From assembly GCA_027604505.1 (NCBI GenBank), contig JADIIX010000015.1:124001-188000 (forward strand): DNA of 64,000 bases. The letters run 5' to 3'. Below, piece after piece: positions 1-12,127 of this stretch. Numbering within the stretch: the first letter of the stretch is position 1; every line of letters begins with the position of its first letter. Below the pieces are notes generated by a model, which saw nothing but the letters and a program-made list of their open reading frames with translations, searched no databases and was not told the DNA's origin. The DNA is from Gonapodya sp. JEL0774. Its lineage: Eukaryota. The position numbers and the translations under genes are program-made.

Positions 1-1832
1 ATCGGGAGCCAGATTATCAAGACAGTTAAGGCGGAATCCACAAAAGAGGCGCGTGCAGCAAAGGTGGAAGCGTTTTGTGGTGACGTGACTGGGAAAAATG
101 AAGGTATTTCTCAACCACTCCTACCCGGAGGCAAGGACCATCCGACCAGTCTGTCTTTTCTTTCAGTCAGAACAAACGGTAAACATGCCGCAGCAAAAGA
201 AGCCAAGGCAGCGCAGCCGCCATCTGCTGTCACTGTGACCCAGATTCCTCCACCGCAACATGCTTTGGCTGATCGGTTCGGCCAGTTTGGTGGTCAGTAC
301 GCACCGGAAGCGTTGGTGGATTGCCTGGACGAGTTGGAAAAGGTTCATATAAATTTAATGGACCTGTTTGGCGAATTCCTGATACCGTGAATTACTTTTG
401 ATAAAGGCGTACGTGGCGGCATCGAATGACCCAGCTTTCTGGGCCGAGTTCGAGTCCTACTACGACTACATTGGTCGTCCATCTCGCCTGCACGAAGCAT
501 CACGTTTGACAGAATACGCAGGAGGTGCACGCATCTGGCTCAAGCGGGAGGACCTGAACCACACTGGATCCCACAAGATCAACAATGCCATCGGGCAAGC
601 GCTTCTTGCCAAGCGGTTGGGCAAAAAGCGGATTATTGCGGAGACGGGCGCTGGGCAGCACGGCGTTGCGACTGCCACCATTTGCGCCAAACTTGGACTC
701 AAGTGCATCATCTACATGGGCGAAGAAGATGTGCGAAGACAAGCTCTCAACGTCTTCAGAATCCGACTTTTGGGTGCCGAAGTTGTTCCCGTCTCGTCGG
801 GGAGCAAGACACTTAAGGACGCAGTCAACGAGGCGATGAGGGACTGGGTCACCAACGTCCAAAACACGCACTACATCATTGGTTCCGCGATCGGACCTCA
901 TCCCTTTCCAACCATTGTGCGAGATTTCCAGTCGGTCATAGGCAAGGAAGCTAGAAAACAAATGCTGGAGAAGGCGGGAAAGCTGCCAGACATAGTCATG
1001 GCATGTGTTGGAGGTGGTTCAAACGCGATCGGTCTCTTCTATCCTTTTGTGCAAGATAAAAGCGTACGGATTATTGGAGTTGAAGCTGGTGGAGATGGTG
1101 TGGATACCGGAAGACATTCAGCCACGCTCGCGAAGGGAACACCCGGTGTACTCCACGGCACCCGGACGTACTTGCTTCAAGACGCGAATGGGCAGATCAT
1201 CGAGACGCACAGTATCAGCGCCGTGAGTTTGCTAGTTGTACCCGTAGCTGGATCTGGTGGAGACTTGAGTTTTATTTGGTTTACTCGACAGGGCCTCGAT
1301 TATCCTGGCGTCGGACCTGAGCACGCCTTCTTGAAAGATTCTGGGAGAGCCGAGTATGTAGCTGTTTCTGACAAGGAGTCGCTCATCGGGTTCAGGTTAG
1401 TCTGTGAGCTCGAAGGTGAGTTTCAGGATTTGGACGGAGGGCATGTTTCATGTAGTGAATTTCCTTGTAAACAATGCTTCGTACTCCCACCACCCCATAG
1501 GGATCATCCCCGCGCTTGAAACGGCTCACGCCTTCTACTACCTCCTCGAAATCGCCAAAACCCTCCCCAAAGACAAGGACATTCTCATCGCCGTCAGCGG
1601 ACGGGGTGACAAGGATGTTGTGTCGGTCGCAGAGGCGCTGCCAAAGTTTGGGTGAGTTTAGACGGCGCCGACGAATTTGTGTGCTCTCTGTTGTTTGTTT
1701 GTTGGGTTCGCTGGTTATGGAACGAAATGCTCAACGGTAGCCACGAAGTACTAAACGAGGTTTCGTTTTTGCTTTTATTCTAGTCCCCAAATTGGATGGG
1801 ACTTGAGATTCGAGGACCACAAGATGTACTGA
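1..1832 (+). CDS. TRP5: Tryptophan synthase (fungal alpha-beta fusion), 5'-partial, multi-exon
   Basis: Window opens in the alpha-domain end (IGSQII), followed by a linker and beta-domain motifs [24 protein letters not shown] (PLP lysine), [14 protein letters not shown] and [11 protein letters not shown]. Last exon [15 protein letters not shown] ends at 1832. GT-AG introns at about 104-166, 343-406, 1223-1291, 1415-1500 and 1652-1783. Confidence 0.97.
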
Positions 1833-2009
1833 ACTGTAGATGGCAGGCAACACAGAACGTTTGCTTTGAAATACACAATGCATGCACATTTGGCCAAAAT
1901 CATTCTCATGGTCCATTACAGTAATAACACAACGCTAAAGATTACGAAAACAAACTACCACAAAAAAAAAAGAAAGAAAGAAAGAAAGGGAAAAAGAAAC
2001 CCAATCAAA

Positions 2010-4846
2010 TTAACCTTTCGCTTCGTCACGAAGTAAAGCAACCATGCTGGGTACTCCCAAACCAAACATCAACACCGAATAAAGGGCCAACTGGGCTCCG
2101 AACCCAGCTTGTGCGTATATCCAGGCTGACAGGGGCTGGGAGATGAGCATCGCTGGGAGTAAGTACATGGTGACAGAAGGAGAATATGTCGCTCAAATTG
2201 AAATGCAAACGCAGAGAAGGTCGGCCACACCAGGTCGCGGCAACCCGATGACTCACCACCAGAGTACACAAAGCACCAAATACCGTACAGGGTCGCTCCC
2301 ATATCCACCTCATCACTGTCGTCCGCGCTCACAACGGGTCCGTGGCCACCCCCACCGCCGCCACCGCTGGCGTGACCGGTCCTTGTCTGGTCCCAGCCAA
2401 ACTTTTTCGCCATCTGCTTGTTGGCTACACGGGTCATTTCAGGCAACGTGGGCGCCAGCGTGAACCCGAGTGCGAACCCGTACACACTCAGGACGGCCAC
2501 TTCGAGGATTTTGGCCACGGCAAGGCTCGAAGTCACTCGCACGGGGAGCACCAAGGCCGGCGAGACGACCGTGTTGGCGACGATGCCCGCCACAAGGACG
2601 TAGATGCCCCACGTGTCGTACGACCTGGGGGGCTGTTTGGCGGGCTGGGCCTCCACGTCCGACCCCGACTCTGTGGACGAGGCGAGCGATGGTGTGGCAT
2701 CTCCCTCGTGCTGATCGTCCGCGGCCCACGCGACGGGCCACTCGAGCACCTTCCCGCACGTCACCATACCTAGGATGTAAAACACGGTCCAGGCGAAGAA
2801 GTAGACCCCGCCGACCTCGGTGGGTGTCGCGGCGAAGACGGCGTGCAGGTAGGACGGGAGGGTGGGTTCGAGGCCCGCGGCGAGGAAGATGGTGAGAAAG
2901 AGGGGAAACAAGACCAGGCCGACTTGGATCGAGAGGACTGAGAAGGGTCCATGGGCCTGGGCTTGCGTGTGGGCCGTGCCAGAGGTGGCGGTGGCGGTGG
3001 TGGTGGCGGTGCCCATGCCGGAGAGCAGAGGGGTGGTTTCGGACTCGTCCGAGACGGCCACAGGAACATCCGCCGGTTCCGCCGCGGGCGCCGCACCCGC
3101 ACCCAGTCCGGTGTCCTTGTCGTTCCCGTTGGCTGTACCCTTCCCGTTCCCCACCGCGCCGTATCCGTTCCCGTTCCCAACTTGCTCCTCTCCCACTTCC
3201 GCCCACGCCGTCTCGACCAGCTCGACGGCCCCGTCCACGCCCAGATCGACGGTACACCATCCGACGGCGAGCAAGAGTGTGATGAGCACGGCGGGGCCAA
3301 AGACCCAGAGGTTGCGGTCGAAGAGGTAGCCCGAGATAGGGAGAGAGCAGAGCTCGCCGATCCAGTGGGAGGAGACTATGGGGGGGGGGGGGGAAGAGAG
3401 GTGGGGCAGATGGTGGAGTGGGGGTTGAGACTATGATTCACGATAGCAGAAGCAAGAGAGACCATAGAGAACACAGTAGCTGCATGTTTGATTTCAACTC
3501 TCCCTTACCCCCACGTGGCCACATCCCACCCATTTTGCCTCTCCGACTCCCCACACCGGTCCGATTTGCCCGCCCAACCTGCCATCGCGACCATCCCCCG
3601 TCCCCCGACCTCCCGCGCCCCCGCCACCTCACCTATAATCGTACTTCCGAAGCTCGCTTCAGGCACGAGCACTTTGGGCCTCGCTGCGGCATGGACCCGT
3701 GTCCCCGATCTGGCCGTGCTTGCCACGTATGCGTCCCACTGGGCGTCGACCCAGGCGGCTTGCTTCACTCGCTCGGCGCAGAAGCGGGACCAGACCGCGA
3801 GGGTGACGATCCTTTGGTGGGTGTGGGACGTGGGTGGTCAGCGACAAGGTTTGTGGGGTGTCCGGTGTACGTCCACAACACGGTCGATATGGAACCGTTG
3901 CAGAGGGCCATGCTGGACGATCCGGCCCATATGGACCGCAAAAAGCCTCGCTCGGCAGGACAAGCCCGCACACTCTCGCATAAACGCTCGCGCGGGCCCT
4001 CGATGACGCTTGGGTAAGCGCCTCCCCCCCCCCCCCCCCCCCCCCATCCGTGTCCCTGGCCGTCCAAATCCGCATCAAACCCTCTCCACCCACCCACACC
4101 AATACGTACCACGTAAACGCATCCATCAACGCTTGCACCAGCCTCACAAAGCAGAGCCACTCGTACGTGCCCGCGAGTGTGTATATGGCCGATGCGAGCA
4201 GGCAGAGAGCGAGGGCGAAGAGAAGGAGGCCACGGCGGGGCTCGAAGTTGATGGAGGTGGTGAGGGTGTGGGAGTGGGAGTGGGCGGTGGATAGAGGAGT
4301 GCGGCGGGTGGAGCGGTAGGGGAAGAATCGGTCGGTGCCAGCGCCGATGATCTGGACGGGGGAGGGGGGGCAAAGTGGGGGAATGGTGAAGGGGTGATTT
4401 GGAGTGAAGGAGAGTGGGCAAGAAGGGCAATACTTTGTACGTTGATGCAAAAACTTACGGGAGTGAGAATTAGACTCCCGAAGGCGTAGAAGGCGAAGAG
4501 GAATCCCAGCTGAGCAGAGCACGACGAACGCAAGTACAGTTGCGGGCCCACCCAAACAGAGAACGAGAAAAAACGGGAACATAAAAATGAAGACAAAAAA
4601 GCCAAGCGCAAAAGTCAGAAAAACAAGGACGAAAATGATGCATAAAGATGGCGAGAAGATGGGAACAAGAGTTATGACACCGACCTCTTCCTGTGATCTG
4701 TGCATTTTCCCGATGACTAGGGGAGCGAGAATGGGGATGGTGGCCGAGTAGATGTAGCCAGAGAGAAAGACGAGACCGCAGCAGAGGAATTGGAGGTAGA
4801 GATGGTGAGAGAGCAGACCGCGTTTTGGGGTTGACGAGAGTGCCAT
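2010..4846 (-). CDS. Major facilitator superfamily transporter, multi-exon
   Basis: Spliced hydrophobic segments: LSGYIYSATIPILAPL; LGFLFAFYAFGSLILTP/IIGAGTDR (motif A-like); RRGLLLFAL...YEWLCFVRLVQA; LEPTLPSYLHAVF; LAPTLPEM. Last exon ends ALLRDEAKG* at 2010. Internal exon boundaries are approximate. Confidence 0.8.
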
Positions 4847-6067
4847 GATGGGTGCAGGGTGCAGGTGCAGGGTGCAGGTGCTGCGGAGAGAGAAGAGCGA
4901 TGACGTGGACTCGGATGCGGCGATCGATTGGCGTGGATCCGCGTTAGGGGAATCCGCACAATTTGGCACACTGGGGAACACCGGCCCGCTCCGACACCCC
5001 TGCACCCCTCCTGCTGTGGTCGATCGCTGCCCCGCATCCCTTATCTTCAATAACCTCAACACCTATTCCTGGCAAATCACAATTATCCGAAGGACGGACG
5101 TGTCCTGATTACCAACAGGACCCATCACCGTACGGGGAACTGGCGGGCGAGCCTTACATGTCATTACAAACATAAGATGGATAAGATGCAGCGCTCATGG
5201 TTTGGTTTCGCAACTCATCAGTCACCGAAACTCACGACGACAGGATTCATTTGCTTGCCGCGAGACGTCGCATACACCGCCAGAAACTGTCTCAGCTTGG
5301 CACAATCCCGAGACTCTGACCACGAAAACGGCGTGGGGGGCGCGAGTGGGAGCGAATTGTCGTATATGACATCAGTCTTCTAATCCCCAGGTCTGGAGCC
5401 CAGCTGGGCCCCAGCAATCAGCATGCACAGAGCATATACACACAATACATACACTACACGGAATTTTCCGCCAAAAATTCGCCGTATAATCACCAAAAAA
5501 TAAGATTACCTGGTGTCGAAAAGTCAGAAAAAAAAAAGGTGGGAGAGAGCGTGGGCGCGACGGTAGCAAGGGTGAAAAAGGTGCGCGGGTCTGTGGGGAA
5601 TCACGGGGGACGGCCGTTGTCAAACGGGGGTTGAGTGAGAAGTGTGACAATGTCGAGAAGAGGCAGAAGGCAGAAGGGAGATGATAGCCAGATCTTCTGT
5701 TGTGGCTGGATGGATTGATCGAGCGCGCCGCTGTTCCATGACAATCCTTGGAATCGGACTGATTGCAGTTCTTATAACTGAGCCTTCGTGGTTATCGCTT
5801 GCGTGTATCGGTAGATATGTAATTCGTATGTCTTTCCGGTGCTGAAATTTCCATTGTGCGAGGAGACGAGAATCGATGGCAGCAGTCAACGTGTTCTGTA
5901 ATGTGCTGTCGGGCCGACCAGCTGCACTTGGGGTGCTCCACAAACTTTTACCAACAAAAAAACCATCAAACCCCTCCAATCCACTCCGGACCACCGCCGT
6001 TCGACTGGGAATCGTTAAAATAAATATTTCCTCGTGTTGAAAAGTCAAAAAAATGAACTTTGTGGCC

Positions 6068-6148
6068 TGCAACGGCCGGGAATCGAACCCGGGTCTGGCC
6101 CGAACTGCTGCTTGGCAGGGGCCAATTCTACCACTAGACCACCGTTGC
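6068..6148 (-). tRNA. tRNA-Gly(GCC) with 10-nt intron
   Basis: Acceptor stem GCAACGG/CCGTTGC+A; D-arm with AGTGGTAGAA; anticodon stem GGCCC/GGGCC around CTGCCA; intron AGCAGCAGTT (6103-6112) after position 37; T-loop GTTCGATTC; downstream poly-T terminator (A run near 6047-6053 on the + strand). The spliced length is 71 nt. Confidence 0.95.
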
Positions 6149-6251
6149 TTTGTTTTGTTAGGGCCCTTGTGGAATAAGGTAATATTGTTATTTGGTATGT
6201 ATAATGCATTAACACGCTTCAGGTGTTTGTTGTGATATTGGGTGAGGTCAA

Positions 6252-6359
6252 GTGAGCAGTGGTGGCGCACCGCGGATGTGGGAACATGAAACTTAAACCA
6301 GGGAATGAACTGCCGTCAACCGTCAACAGGAACATGAACAGATCCACGGCAGAGATTAG
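6252..6359 (+). repeat. ~105 bp dispersed direct repeat, copy 1
   Basis: GTGAGCAGTGG-TGGCGCACCGCGGATGTGGGAAC...GGGAATGAAC...GGCAGAGAT aligns to 8069-8171. Confidence 0.85.
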
Positions 6360-6963
6360 TGGCTTTGCTTGGTCGGAGTCAGAGCGAAATTAGACATTAT
6401 AGCCATCATACGAGTTTGTGGCCGAATGAGTCCTTGGAGTCTCCTGATGCCAGAGGACGTTGCACTTGCCAATTCACTCGTCAATTTGAAACGTTGAGTC
6501 TGCCCTGCTACATTGCTGCACCCACCGTGACTTTATTGTATCTCTTTTTTATATGCACTTGTCACAGCCGCGCAGTACCAGGTGTTTCTGCACCGATCCG
6601 ACCGCTTTAGTGATCTTTGTCATTTTCCATGTGGGTTGCGCCGTTGAAACCACGATTCATGATATCTCATCTCAAATCTTTCAATCAAATTCACACAGAG
6701 CACTCCTTGTACGAGTCCTGTCGTCGTGCTATGTCGTCACGGTTATGTGGTACGATACGCAGTACACATTTTTGATTGTATATTCTTCACATTGCTCCTG
6801 GCTATGTAATGAACTTGAATGCATATGTCATAGTTATTGTGATGCTGGTGGTCCTCGATCAATTCGACAGAGTACTCTCAACGCGAGTCACTTCACAATT
6901 CCTGCGTCACATTCTTGTCATGATCTAAGTACGTCTCAGCAAATGGCTGCGTCCACGCTGGTT

Positions 6964-8066
6964 TTATGTACTCGATCGGCGCTTTGATGTCAACACATTG
7001 AAAATGCTCTGAACTACATGCAAGAGCTGCGAACTCTGCGCGCCAAGTGTATTTACCCTCACCCACAATCCAAGTACATTTACCAAGACTACGCTTCTCT
7101 TGAGTTTATGTCCCTGATCGGCGCGCCAAAGCCCGAGAAGAAGGGAGCTGGTAACAACACTCACAGAAGACAGTCCCATGGCCAGACCAGCAAACTCTGG
7201 CGTAATCCACAGATGCGAGTTAAACGGAAGGAAAACTCCCATTGCGAGTGGTATCCCGACCAAATTGTACCCGCTGATGGTCAACAAAAGTTGTCAGCAC
7301 GGCTGATATTCCCTCGACCCCGGGCACAGACACATCACAAGCATAAACACGTCAAATCACAACGCCCAGTACAAATTCAGCCTCATCCTCTTCACGGTAA
7401 GATCACTGATCTCCAAGAATCTCTCCACCATGGTCAAATCCGCTCTTCCAAGGACGCTCTTGACATCTGACTGCCCCGCGGCATTGCCACCCCTACGTTA
7501 GCAGACGCAAGCGCAGGAGCATCGTTGATCCCATCTCCTACAAAAAAATGACGAAGTGCGGCGCGTGAGTGCGGCGGAGGTCCTGTACGATTCGAGACTT
7601 GCCCGAGGGATCGACACCAGCGCAACGTGAGCCTCGGGAATACCAACCTGCTGCGACGATATTGAGCGTGACTTCCGCCGCATCGCCAGAAATTATATGC
7701 ACGTGCATTCCATGCTCAAGTTGAAGGCTTAACACAACTGCTGAAGTCGTCGGTCTCACTTTGTCGCGGAGCGCAAAAACTGCGAGGATCCCAGAGGACT
7801 TGGAACTGGAAGGAGACTGCTTGCTGTGTAAGGCTACTAAGACCACAGATGATCCTTGACTTTGACGGCTCTCGCAAGTGCTTTCAACTTGGTTGAGAAG
7901 CTTCTCATCCCCATCTGCGATTGATTCTGTACAAGCATGGCATCCGATTCTCATAGTGCCGAGACTTTTGACCTCAGCAACGAGCCCGTTCCCAACTTCC
8001 CCATGAACGCTGACAACGGTCCCGAGAATCTCACGACAGCCTTGGCCGCCGTGATTGAGTGGCTTT
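6964..8066 (-). pseudogene. Truncated, frameshifted P1B-type (Cu+) ATPase (CCC2/ATP7-like), C-terminal fragment
   Basis: Motifs FALRDKVRP, ISGD, VGDGINDAPALASANVGVAM, LNLYWAF/GYNLVGIPLAMG and LAMGLSSVSVV lie in different frames (at least 4 frameshifts or deletions between about 7460 and 7665). No DKTGT, CPC or N-terminal domains are seen upstream. Confidence 0.85.
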
Positions 8067-8068
8067 AT

Positions 8069-8171
8069 GTGAGCAGTGGATGGCGCACCGCGGATGTGGG
8101 AACGGGGAACTGGCAACTGGGAATGAACAACCGCCAAAAGGGACATAAAATAGATACATGGCAGAGATAAG
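8069..8171 (+). repeat. ~105 bp dispersed direct repeat, copy 2
   Basis: Aligns to 6252-6359 and sits at the point where ATPase homology begins. Confidence 0.85.
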
Positions 8172-9687
8172 GAGAAGGTCGATGCAAACGACTTCTCATG
8201 ACAAAGTCCTAGCCCGCAATTGAAATTGCTGTACCGCTCAGGAGAGCGCACCTCACTTTAGCATTGTTAAACTACAACAGGCGAGACACTCAGGAAAAGA
8301 AGAGGCACCCTGTTCAGAATGCTCTTTGTTGTTATATATCAACAACGACAGAACTGGTGAAAACATCGTCTAAACTGAGAGTCCTTAACCAACCAGAGAA
8401 GCACCGCCCAGACATCCTTAAGAAACCCAACAAAACAAAGAATAGTACCGGCGCTTAGTGTACCCGTCTTTAGTTAATCATTTGTACGTACTTCACCATG
8501 TTACACCTCGGACAGATGTCAACCATACACCCGACACACCACACGTGCCAAAGTTGGAGGCTCCAAACAATCGACGCATTACAAAGGGCCTGTCTGAGTG
8601 CAAGATAGAGATCTTCCCGAGTCCGGGTACTTGATACCTTTTGACCGCTTTTCCCGGACTGCCGGCAAGACCATTCTAGTCTCCGAAATCGCGACTGAGG
8701 TTGCGCCTAAATGGCTTGCGATCCTTCTCATTTGCATACGTTATTATTGTGAATTTATAAAACGCAATATGTCTCTAACGGCCAAACCAAATAAATAACA
8801 GATCTTGAACGGAGCCTTGTGCAATTTCCAACACCATCCTGTGCAACAAGCGACGCAGTTCCAAGCTCCACGGAACGCTGTCTTCGGTTTTTTAGTGTCC
8901 GATATTGCTACAACAATGCTCGTGCACCTATCTCGGATCTTCTTGACGTCTTCGTGTCGATGCACCAGTGCTGATAATGGACAGCAGTGAAGGGATCTCC
9001 CCCTCCGTCCAACAAAAAGACTACGTAGGAACATCAATTCATGTTTACAGTCCCGTCGTTCTTGATCAAATGAACTGCTGCTGCCTCAAATGTTAATAGC
9101 ACGACGAGGATGATGATGAAGTGGAAGACGACTTTCGGAGCTGGTGCAACTCACATGGGGTTTTGTTGAAATGATCTATGTGACCTCGTCTTACAGAACC
9201 GTTAGAGTAAAAAAACTCACCGATCAACAACCACCCATTTTGTGACATATTGTGCATTACTATTCACTCACCTCTTTCGTTGATTCACTTCTTTTCCTCG
9301 AGGTTATGGGATAAAACAACAGCGTGAGAAAACATCGTATTCGAATTTAAACTTTTGAGAGTCCCCCGGCGCGCAGTCCCTGACGGAGATGCCAGCTCAA
9401 GGCCGTCCTCCAAGTCTGGTACTCGTACACAAAGAGCGCTCCCAGACTGTTCTGTCCACGAACGTCCTCGGGATCGGTTTTGAAACATGCAGTCACCAAT
9501 TCCATAAGTCTGTTTTTCTTATCCGTACACACCGGCAGGACTTTGACGTGTGAGTACTTGATGGACTGGTCCTCTGCGACCAAATTCAAAGAATAATTGG
9601 ATACAATGAAATTAAAAACTACCGCAACTGCAAAAATGAGAAAAAAACGTAAGGGTACACCACCCTGGGTCGAAATCTACAAATGAT

Positions 9688-11855
9688 TCATGCAACCTTT
9701 CCTTTGCTTAGTAATTGTTCACTCTGGGAACCTGATTTCATCAGCTTCTGCTTCGATCCCGCCTTGCTCCCATTCTTGCTCCCATTCTTGCTCCCATTCT
9801 TGCTCCCCGTTTGGCTCCCGCCCTTGCTCTCAGTATTTGAGAGTGAGGATGCCCGGTCCCCAACTGGAGCTGACTCCTGTGCCAAAATGCTTGCCCGACT
9901 TTTTTCACGGAAGTTGGAGAGTCCCCGGTCATCCCCATAATATGCGTCCACGTCCTGCAAATTCTGCTTACTGGGACGTCTGAGAACAGCGTCCTCCTCA
10001 ATCATTGCCGCGGACGGATGTGAAGGTAATGGGTTCTTTGTCACAAAAGTGGATTCCAACATATCCGCTTGGGATCTGCTCGCGAGTGATGCCTTTGAGC
10101 CTGTGTGATTCTTTTTGATAGTGTCACCAGCGGCAACCAAGCTTGACTTGGAAGCAAGCACCGAGTTTGGAGCGGGCAAAGATCCTTTTCTCAACATTGA
10201 CCGCTTGGGCACCGGTTCTGATACGGGAGACATGTGCATCAAAATTTGTCAGATGTCGAGCCATCGCATATGTCGGCGTTGCGAAGCCCTCACCGGATCG
10301 TTCTCCCTTGGGTTGTGCTTGCGTACGCACTAGAGGCCCTTCTTTCTCTTTGGGAGGATTCCCGCTTTCTTTCAAAGATTTGCGAGGTCCCTTCGAAAAT
10401 TGAGAGGCCTGACGTGATACAGACTTCGTTCTCCGTCTAATGCGCCGCTTTCTCTGCGCACTTCCAATTTTGGTAACTTTCCTTGAGCCAGGCTTTCCAA
10501 TGCCGTTCACATCGTATGCACATTTGATAAAAGGCTCGTCCTTGAAAGCGGCAGCATACCGTTCACCATTTTCAATATCAGACAAAGCTCGAACAGGCAT
10601 TCCTGAAGGAATATGGTAAAGGAGGTGCACTGCGCCGGTTACAAGGGGCATTGATTGGTCTAAGTGTGTCATCAGCTGGTGGTGATTTGTACGGACAGTG
10701 AGTGATATTGCCAAGAAGATGTCGAGTTGATGGTGAGGGGCGGACTTCGAATCGCTCCTGACCATTAATTCAAATCACACTCACTCTCCTGATGTCCCCT
10801 ATTTTGTTCACTGTCACTCTCACACCCCCATGCCACGCGTCACCATTAGGATAGAATGTCGCTATCCGGGCTTCCTCTTCAGCTCCACCATGCTCGCTCG
10901 CCGTGGGAAGCGCGAACCGGCTTCGGATCCACCCAGGCTGACCAACGCCGATGTCACTGACGACTTGGTAGTGCACTTTTCTGAAACACTCATTCCCCGC
11001 AGCGACTAAGTTGATTCCATCGCGTAATTCATTGAGTTTGTAAATCCTTTGACCGGTTGTGGCATCGTACACTCGACGCACTCGACCGATTGGAAGGGAG
11101 ATACTGATGGTAAGAGTGGTAAGAAAATGATCCCATGATCGACAGTTTCGGAAGTTCAGAACAAGTTTTACGCCAGAATCTGCCATTTGACCATTCTGAA
11201 ATACTAGAACGCGATAGGGACGGGACTACCGAGGGACTGGTTAAAGCGGGCAGGCACAAAGACATCAGGAATTGATCAAAACTTGCTTACAGTTGGCTCA
11301 AACAGCGGTTCTTCCGTCTCCCCTGTGTCACCAGTGACACTCCGCCCGATATTCTTGTGTACATTCACCACACTACGGTTACTTCCGCGTTTGTCTGCCA
11401 TCACTCGGGCGGCTCTCTCCATACCCCTGACCTTATCTTTTTGAGCTTCTGCTGTCCTCGCCGTTCGATATGGTACATTCTTGAATGGCTCTGTTCCAGC
11501 GGCAACATAGTTGTGTCCATCCTCGATTTCTTCAAGCGAGTTGATTGGACGGCCCGTCTCCAAATCGAAGAACTTGCGAACTGCATTCCCTGTTGATAGA
11601 ATTTTGAATTCCACTGAGAGGATTCGAAGAAACTGGATAACGGTCGTTTTGAAAAACACAGGAACGTCGCCCAGCAACCAGCGAAGATGGAGGCCGGTGA
11701 ATAAGATATTAAACACTCCCCTAACATCGATCCCCAATAGAGGTGCTCACGCTTTCCCATGTCTTGTAGAGTCTCTGCGAGACTAACAGTCGTCTCCCGG
11801 GGAAATGGATGTCGTTGTTTCGAAAAACGAAGATACGTTTGCCCCTCTCAAGCAT
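9688..11855 (-). CDS. Doublecortin (DCX) domain protein with three tandem DCX domains and a Ser/Lys-rich tail
   Basis: DCX1: KRIFVFRNNDIHFPGRRLLV...KFFDLETGRPINSLEEIEDGHNYVAAGTEPFKNVPY. DCX2: RVLVFQNGQMADSGVKLVL...RRVYDATTGQRIYKLNELRDGINLVAAGNECFRKVHY. DCX3: ATFYPNGDAWHGGVRVTV...LYHIPSGMPVRALSDIENGERYAAAFKDEPFIKCAY. The 3' end is uncertain. Confidence 0.85.
9764..9806. repeat. 12-bp coding tandem repeat (TTGCTCCCATTC), about 3.5 copies, encoding GSKN repeats
   Basis: Directly visible; translates as GSKNGSKNGSKNGSK in the DCX protein tail. Confidence 0.85.
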
Positions 11856-12127
11856 ATCCAGGTGAGGAAACAATGAGAAGAGAAGCAGCAACCAAGACTA
11901 TGCTTAATCAAAGTTTCAATGATGATCGATGGATAATAGTACGTTAAAACCGAGGTGAGGGTGTGACCAGAATGCGAAGACAAACACTTCGCTCAATGAT
12001 CATTGGAAGAAACAAATATGATGGATGAAAAAATTACAATGTTTCAAATAGAATGCAAGAACCAAGTAACTTGTTGTATAATAGAGCATTTAGTGTTCAC
12101 TCAAGTAACTTGTCGGGTTGAACAACG

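Noticed and set aside
2143..4430. Overlapping Arg/Gly/Pro-rich ORFs around the MFS gene
   Set aside because: Antisense or off-frame shadows of a GC-rich gene.
5620..6270. 216-aa ORF spanning the tRNA
   Set aside because: It runs through the tRNA gene and its terminator, has a non-ATG start and shows no protein-like motifs.
7355..7365. Apparent premature stop after LYWAL in the ATPase fragment
   Set aside because: Better explained as an intron donor (TT/gtgatt) that splices to give LYWAFGYN; not counted as a lesion.
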